From: an uncultured Candidatus Saccharibacteria bacterium
Lineage (GTDB): Bacteria; Patescibacteriota; Saccharimonadia; Saccharimonadales; Saccharimonadaceae
DNA: 64,000 nucleotides
Direction of reading: 5' to 3'
NCBI GenBank assembly: GCA_937959535.1
Contig: CALGPW010000013.1
Span: 34,372-98,371 of the forward strand
In this document: positions 58,444 through 64,000 of the stretch, piece after piece
Numbering within the stretch: position 1 is the first letter of the stretch
Layout: the number at the start of each line of letters is the position of its first letter
Notes under the pieces: generated by a model
Told to the model about the DNA's origin: nothing
What the model saw: the letters and a program-made list of their open reading frames with translations, nothing else
Databases searched by the model: none
Translations under genes and position numbers: made by a program

Positions 58444-59778
58444 ATGAGCAATCTCAACACCGATAATTTGGGGCGTCGGTTAGCTTCGGCAACGCTGGTG
58501 CTGTTGGCTGCGATTATGCTAGGTTTGGCAATTCATACGCCGTTGACGGTTTTGGCGAGTACGCATTGGCCGCTGATTGCGCTGTATGCCAAAGCATGGA
58601 AAGAAGTATTGCTAATGGTAGCTTTTGTTCTGGTGATTATCCTGGGTTGGCGGCGCCATGTCTGGCGATTTTGGCTGCGTGATAAGTTGCTATGGTTGAT
58701 TGCTGGTTTTGCGTTGTGGCATTTGGTTTTAGCGGGAATATCGCTAGCTGCGGGTAATTCAGCGGCGACTGTGATAGCTGGCCTGGTAATTGATTTGCGC
58801 TGGGGTCTAATAGCGGCGACGATGTATGGTTTTATCTATTTATATCCGCGCTATCGGCAAATTTTATTGAAATGTATGCTGGCGGCAGCAGTGGTAATTA
58901 TTGGGTTTGCTTGTTTACAGTTGGTTTTGCCGCGGGATTTCTTGACAGTATTCGGTTACAGTCAGGCGACGGTTGCACCGTATTTGACGGTTGATTCAAA
59001 TGAGGCTTATGTGCGCTTTGGCAGCACGCTGCGCGGGCCGAACCCGCTAGGGGCGTATGCGCTTGGCGGATTGGTGTTGGCGTTAGTATTTTTAGCGGCA
59101 AAGTGGCGGGATAGTGCTAAGTTGCGCGTCTACGGCATTTTGGCGGCCGTTAGCTCTAGTATAGCCCTTTATATTAGTTATTCGCGGGCGGCGATTCTAG
59201 GAGCTCTAGCAGCGTTAGGCGGGCTTTTTGCTCATCAATATGGCCGGAAATTACCTAAAAAAGCTTGGATATCGATTGCTGCGGGAGTTTTAATTGCAGC
59301 TGCGGGCGGAGCTTATTTGCTGCGCGATACCAGCTTTATGCATAATGTGATTTTGCACGATAATCCTACTACGGGTGCTGTTAGAACCTCAAATGATGAC
59401 CACCTTTCGTCGCTGCGCGATGGCGTCATCAAGGCAGCGCAGCAGCCGTTTGGCGCTGGTATTGGCAGTACCGGGTCGGCATCGTTATTAGGTGATTCAG
59501 GGGTGATTATCGAGAACCAATATTTATTCATCGTGCACGAAGCTGGTTGGCTAGGTTTGGTGATTTACTTGATGATTGTGATTATCGTTTTGCAGCGGTT
59601 ATGGCGGCAGCGGAACGATTGGTTAGCGCTTGGCATGTTTTTGTCTGGAATTGGCCTAAGTATCGCTAGTTTGTTCTTGCCAGTATTTGCTGATGATGTA
59701 ACAGCACTAGTTTGGTGGGGCTTGTCGGCACTGATAGTGGCACGACCGTTTGACCGGGAGCTAGTTGATTCGTTATAG
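58444..59778 (+). CDS. O-antigen ligase/Wzy_C-like membrane protein (possible oligosaccharyltransferase)
   Basis: About 12 TMs, R..STL.GPN.LG, SYSRAA, PFG.GIG, ENQYL....E.G. Confidence 0.85.
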   Translation: MSNLNTDNLGRRLASATLVLLAAIMLGLAIHTPLTVLASTHWPLIALYAKAWKEVLLMVAFVLVIILGWRRHVWRFWLRDKLLWLIAGFALWHLVLAGISLAAGNSAATVIAGLVIDLRWGLIAATMYGFIYLYPRYRQILLKCMLAAAVVIIGFACLQLVLPRDFLTVFGYSQATVAPYLTVDSNEAYVRFGSTLRGPNPLGAYALGGLVLALVFLAAKWRDSAKLRVYGILAAVSSSIALYISYSRAAILGALAALGGLFAHQYGRKLPKKAWISIAAGVLIAAAGGAYLLRDTSFMHNVILHDNPTTGAVRTSNDDHLSSLRDGVIKAAQQPFGAGIGSTGSASLLGDSGVIIENQYLFIVHEAGWLGLVIYLMIVIIVLQRLWRQRNDWLALGMFLSGIGLSIASLFLPVFADDVTALVWWGLSALIVARPFDRELVDSL

Positions 59779-59785
59779 TGAAGGT

Positions 59786-60211
59786 ATGGTAGCACAAGCT
59801 CAATCGGCGGCAATTAATCCGACCAAGAAGCAGTACGAGCTTTTACTATTTATTGATAACTTTATAAAAGATAACGGATACGGGCCGAGCTATCGCGAGA
59901 TAATGCGGGCACTTAATTACAAAAGCGTTTCGACAGTGGCAGCGCATATTGATAATTTGATCTCCCGCGGCCACTTGCGTAAGCGTGACAATTCAGCGCG
60001 GTCGCTAGAGGTGATCGACGTGGTTGCGGCGCCAAAAACCACGCCAGAAGTTTTGGATTCGACAGACGCGATAACTGAACGCTGTATTCGCGCTAAAATA
60101 GCCGATTTGCAGAAGCAAGACGACGATAAGGCACGCCAGGATATTCAAACACTGCAATCGGCATTACAAATTCTTGGCTATGAGGGGCCGCGTGAGACGG
60201 ATAGCGCGTAA
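59786..60211 (+). CDS. LexA-type DNA-binding domain protein lacking the peptidase domain
   Basis: PTKKQ..LL.FI......GYGPSYREI...L...SVSTV..H...L...G.L......RSL; short helical C-terminus. Confidence 0.85.
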   Translation: MVAQAQSAAINPTKKQYELLLFIDNFIKDNGYGPSYREIMRALNYKSVSTVAAHIDNLISRGHLRKRDNSARSLEVIDVVAAPKTTPEVLDSTDAITERCIRAKIADLQKQDDDKARQDIQTLQSALQILGYEGPRETDSA

Positions 60212-62045
60212 ACCATCTTACCGCCGGCGTTATACTGGTACTAAAGCGGCGGTCCATGCCGCTAAATCTACTAAATCTAGCGCTTGGCGATTGAAATTGC
60301 GGCGTCTAGTTTATGGCGTATATCGGCAGGTCAATTACCAAGCTGCTTCATTGCAGATAAAATTACAACGTTTGTTACGCCATAAGCATTTCCGTAAATG
60401 TGCAGTCGGTGCTACAGCAAGTTTGACTTTTCTTCTAGTAATTGTACAGTTGGCTTATCCAAGCGATAAAACTTTACCGTTTGCGCACGTCGATGGGTTA
60501 GCAATTGGCGGTATGACTAAAGATGCAGCAGCTAAAAAAGCCAATCAAGCGTATAGCGACCATACTCTTAACGTCACGATGAATAATTCAGACAAGCCAG
60601 CAGTTAGCATTAAGCTGCGCGATATTGCTGTCTCGGTTGATAACTCGCAGCGGATCAAGCGGTATGATTATCCTTGGTATGTGCGATTAGTGCCAACTTC
60701 ATTGTTTTGGTATGGTTTGAATTATGGTTCGCCGCCAGCCCCTAAATTTGCCAACCAAACGGATGCAGCTGTTAACGAAAAAATAGTTGCTCGCTGCCAA
60801 GTTAGTCCGACCAATGCTACACTTAAAGCCAAAGGGACGCAACTTGAGTTGCAGAAGTCTAAGCTTGGCGGTAAATGCGATGAGGCCAAAATCAAGCAGT
60901 CTGTTCGCGATATCAAGCCAAAATTGCATCAGCCGACGACGATTAACGTTAATAAAATAGATATCAAACCAGCGGTGAGCGATGAAAAAGCTAGGCAATT
61001 GGCGCAAAAGCTGACTAAGCATCTAGCGGAAGGTATTCGAATAAAAGCTAGAGACAAAACTATCGCGGTCGATGCGCAGACGGTCTACGCTTGGCTTGAC
61101 TTTACCGCTAAAGATAAAGAATTGGTGGCTACGCTGAATGCTGAACGTACTGGCAAATGGCTGAATGATAAGGTAGCGAAAATTGTTACTGTGGCGCCTG
61201 GGGTGTCGAAAATTACTACGCATGACTTCACTATTGTTAGTAAGCAGACAGGTAGTTCAGGGCAAGCACTTGATGTGGCGGTAATGCTGCAGAAATTACA
61301 AAGTACAATCGACGGCGGTAGTTTGCAGCTTGATGCCGTTACCAAGGCTGTGCCGCCGCGCGAGGAATATACGCGGACATATAGCTCGAGCGATGCTGGC
61401 TTGTCGGCTTTGATGGAAAATTTCGCCAAAGACCATCCGGGGACTTACGGCGTGTCGATGATAGAACTTGACGGCAAAAAGCGCCGCGCCGAATATAATG
61501 GCGATAAGCAATCTGTAACAGCTAGCACCTACAAATTGCTAGTGGCTTATAGCTTGCTAAAGCGTATTGATAGCGGTGCGCGCAGTTGGGATAGCGATCA
61601 AGCATGCTTTAATAAAATGATTAGTTTGAGCGATAATGCTTGCGCGGAAAGTTTCTTGAACGCAATTGGAGTTAGTACTTTGACTAGCGAAGCTAATGCC
61701 ATTGGCCTTAAGAACTCGACATTTATGAAAGGAGGCGGACCGTATACGACAGCAAATGATCAAGCCCTGCTGCTAGGTATGATTGCAACCGGCCAAAACT
61801 TTTCGAGCGCCAATCAGCAGCGCTTGCTAGAAGCTATGAAGAAAAACGTGTTTCGTAAAGGTATTCCAGCAGGTGTATCGGGGACGGTTGCCGATAAGGT
61901 TGGCTTCATGAATGGATTATTACATGACTCGGCGATTGTTTATGGTTCGCACGGTACGTACGTACTGTCAATTATGACTGATGGCGCTAGTTGGGAAGCG
62001 ATTGCTGATTTGGCAAAACAACTTGATGCGCTGCGAGCACAGTAG
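60174..62045 (+). CDS. Membrane-anchored penicillin-recognizing serine hydrolase (class A beta-lactamase/PBP-like) with YoaR-like PG-binding repeats
   Basis: TM, V.G..IGGMT...A repeats, ASTYK (SxxK), LSDN, DKVG; start uncertain (GTG at 60192 possible). Confidence 0.82.
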   Translation: MAMRGRVRRIARKPSYRRRYTGTKAAVHAAKSTKSSAWRLKLRRLVYGVYRQVNYQAASLQIKLQRLLRHKHFRKCAVGATASLTFLLVIVQLAYPSDKTLPFAHVDGLAIGGMTKDAAAKKANQAYSDHTLNVTMNNSDKPAVSIKLRDIAVSVDNSQRIKRYDYPWYVRLVPTSLFWYGLNYGSPPAPKFANQTDAAVNEKIVARCQVSPTNATLKAKGTQLELQKSKLGGKCDEAKIKQSVRDIKPKLHQPTTINVNKIDIKPAVSDEKARQLAQKLTKHLAEGIRIKARDKTIAVDAQTVYAWLDFTAKDKELVATLNAERTGKWLNDKVAKIVTVAPGVSKITTHDFTIVSKQTGSSGQALDVAVMLQKLQSTIDGGSLQLDAVTKAVPPREEYTRTYSSSDAGLSALMENFAKDHPGTYGVSMIELDGKKRRAEYNGDKQSVTASTYKLLVAYSLLKRIDSGARSWDSDQACFNKMISLSDNACAESFLNAIGVSTLTSEANAIGLKNSTFMKGGGPYTTANDQALLLGMIATGQNFSSANQQRLLEAMKKNVFRKGIPAGVSGTVADKVGFMNGLLHDSAIVYGSHGTYVLSIMTDGASWEAIADLAKQLDALRAQ

Positions 62046-62105
62046 ACTTTACACCTTTTGTATAATAAGTTACAATACTGGTATCTGCGGTGACGTAGAA
62101 TGTAT

Positions 62106-62180
62106 TCCGGCATAGCTCAGTGGTAGAGCGGATGGCTGTTAACCATTAGGTCGCTGGTTCGAGCCCAGCTGCCGGAGCCA
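62106..62180 (+). tRNA. tRNA-Asn(GTT)
   Basis: TCCGGCA...TGCCGGA-GCCA; anticodon arm GATGG-CTGTTAA-CCATT. Confidence 0.96.
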
Positions 62181-62407
62181 AATTGATAGATTAAATTGCC
62201 TGGTATACCGGGCAAACGGCCTCGACAAGTTAAGTCAAGGCCTTTTTAAATATATTTTATAAATAGTTTACTATTGCAGTAAACATTAGGGTAAGCGTGT
62301 AACATTCGTTGTATTTTATACGATAATACTTGAAAAAATTGTTAAGTAATGCTAGCATGAAAGCGTAAACTAAATTAAAACACAAATGTGTACAGGAGAA
62401 AAACAAT

Positions 62408-63994
62408 ATGGGTGTTCCCTATGTCAAATTGGCTAGTGCTGTGTCAGTGGCAGCCGTTGTTGGCGCAGTGGTATTTAACTCGCCAGCCAATGCTGCGCCG
62501 ACTGCATTCACGTGGACGGGCGCTGCTGGCGACCACAAAATGTCAACTGCTGGCAACTGGAAAGACGGCCAAGTACCAGCAGAGGGCGCTAAACTGGTGT
62601 TTACGTGTGCTAACGGAGCCAGTGAGACAATTCAGAATGATTTGAATGTTGCTTTGTCGGGCTTGGATGCTCAGAAAATGAATAATGTTACTGGCGGTCC
62701 GACATGCGCTAGCTATACGATTGATACGCTGAAATTTACACCGGATGCTGAGTTTAGCGGCGGACACACTAGCGCTGGCGATAAAGATGAAGATAAAATC
62801 CCTCGTATTTACGTTTCGGGTGCTGTTACTGGCTTGTCAAACTTGAAATCTAACGGATTCGACGGCAAGTTCACTAGCAGGCCGACGATTAACCGTTTTG
62901 AGGTCGCTAATAGCGGATGTAATAATATAAGTTACTATATAAATGCTCCAGAGAAAGTTGTTGGCGAAAACGCTAGCGTACCGCTAGAAGGTGCTAATAA
63001 TATTACAGTCAAGAGTGGCGGTCAGCTAGGAGTTAAATATGCTGATAACGAAACAAGCACTAGCAAAATTACTTTCGAAAACGGCGCGATGATTTCCCAT
63101 GGAATAAGTTGTTTGGGTTCTGGCGGCGGTTCTTCAAACGTGACAACAGTTCTATCTGGCGACATTGTACTAAATGGCAATGTTGAATATAAATTACTCT
63201 CGAATGTGACAGTGAAGATTACTGGCAAGCTCAGTGGTCCTGGTAAGCTGGTTGCTCATAAAGATAACAAGGGTACTCTGCTAGTTGAGTCTTCGGACAA
63301 CACCAGCGGTACGCCGAATGGACAGCACGGTAATGCCCACGAAGCTAAGCTGATAAAATTGGACGGTGATAAACCTAATGAGCCAGTGAATGTAAAAAAA
63401 GGTGAAACAGTCTTGCTAAACGGCAGCCGTTCTGACGTTTATGTCGATGAGGGCGGTGTATTTGGCGGTAATGCTACGGTAAAGAGTCTTAATGTGGCAG
63501 GTGTCGTTGCTCCAGGTAATTCGCCAGGCAAGATTACTGTACTGAATGACTTCTATATGAACGGTACTGGCGTATACAAGGCAGAAATTCTAGATAAAGA
63601 TCATTATGATCAGATTGTTGCGCAGAGCGTCCAGCTTAGCAACGGTGGTAGTTCTCCAAAATTAGAGCTGGTATATCTGCCTGGCGGTACCATCAAGAAG
63701 GGTGATACCTTTACGATTATCAACAATAACGGTAGCGCTCCAGTTCAAGGGACATTCAATGGTTTGCCCGAGGGTGCAGAGTTCGCTGTGGATGGCGCAA
63801 CCTTCAAGATTAGCTATGTCGGCGGCGATGGCAACGATGTTGTACTAACGGCGCAGAATGATTCGACGGGTCCGAAGGCTCCAAATACGGGCGGCGAAAA
63901 TGTAGCAGTTAATTTGGCTGGAACTATCGTTGGTGTGGCTTCGGCAGCAATCCTGCTATTCATGGCAAAACGAAAGAGTTTTGGCAAGAAATAA
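62408..63994 (+). CDS. Secreted beta-helix-like surface protein with LPxTG-like sorting signal
   Basis: Signal peptide (ANA), TWTG.......S.A.NW, VAPGNSPG, ISYVGGDGNDVVLT, APNTG + TM + KRKSFGKK. Confidence 0.75.
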   Translation: MGVPYVKLASAVSVAAVVGAVVFNSPANAAPTAFTWTGAAGDHKMSTAGNWKDGQVPAEGAKLVFTCANGASETIQNDLNVALSGLDAQKMNNVTGGPTCASYTIDTLKFTPDAEFSGGHTSAGDKDEDKIPRIYVSGAVTGLSNLKSNGFDGKFTSRPTINRFEVANSGCNNISYYINAPEKVVGENASVPLEGANNITVKSGGQLGVKYADNETSTSKITFENGAMISHGISCLGSGGGSSNVTTVLSGDIVLNGNVEYKLLSNVTVKITGKLSGPGKLVAHKDNKGTLLVESSDNTSGTPNGQHGNAHEAKLIKLDGDKPNEPVNVKKGETVLLNGSRSDVYVDEGGVFGGNATVKSLNVAGVVAPGNSPGKITVLNDFYMNGTGVYKAEILDKDHYDQIVAQSVQLSNGGSSPKLELVYLPGGTIKKGDTFTIINNNGSAPVQGTFNGLPEGAEFAVDGATFKISYVGGDGNDVVLTAQNDSTGPKAPNTGGENVAVNLAGTIVGVASAAILLFMAKRKSFGKK

Positions 63995-64000
63995 CCAAGA

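Noticed and set aside
60174..62045. Beta-lactam resistance gene
   Set aside because: The membrane anchor and long PG-binding-like region fit a wall-remodelling PBP-like enzyme; resistance cannot be inferred.

Overview
This window looks like the chromosomal origin region of a Patescibacteria (CPR) genome, most likely Saccharibacteria/TM7; this is inferred from gene content, leaderless promoters and the pilin/T4SS layout. Left part (1-23 kb): three tRNAs, ComF, Hsp20, seven TrbC/VirB2-like pilin genes (six in tandem), and a monoderm-type type IV secretion locus. That locus has two giant VirB6-like paralogs, a lipoprotein, PrgI/VirB3, VirB4 and two large cell-wall-hydrolase proteins, but no visible relaxase, coupling protein or integrase. 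Centre (23-31 kb): recF-dnaN-dnaA, a bipartite oriC with a DnaA-box/DnaA-trio unwinding element, rpmH-rnpA-yidC-jag and lemA. Right part (31-64 kb): a large surface-glycan region (GtrA/GtrB-like, Wzm/Wzt, pyruvyltransferase, rhamnosyltransferases, two GT-C-like proteins, rmlABCD, galE, priming transferase, ligase-like protein), sucCD, a truncated LexA, a PBP/beta-lactamase-like protein, tRNA-Asn and a surface protein with a sortase-like signal. The most unusual observations are a two-gene HATPase/STAS cassette bracketed by two copies of a ~40-bp palindrome, the pilin array with variable Cys-loop tips and near-identical DNA patches, the mosaic VirB6 paralogs, tRNA-Arg(GCG) and a coiled-coil pyruvyltransferase. 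All calls come from reading motifs by eye; no searches were run.
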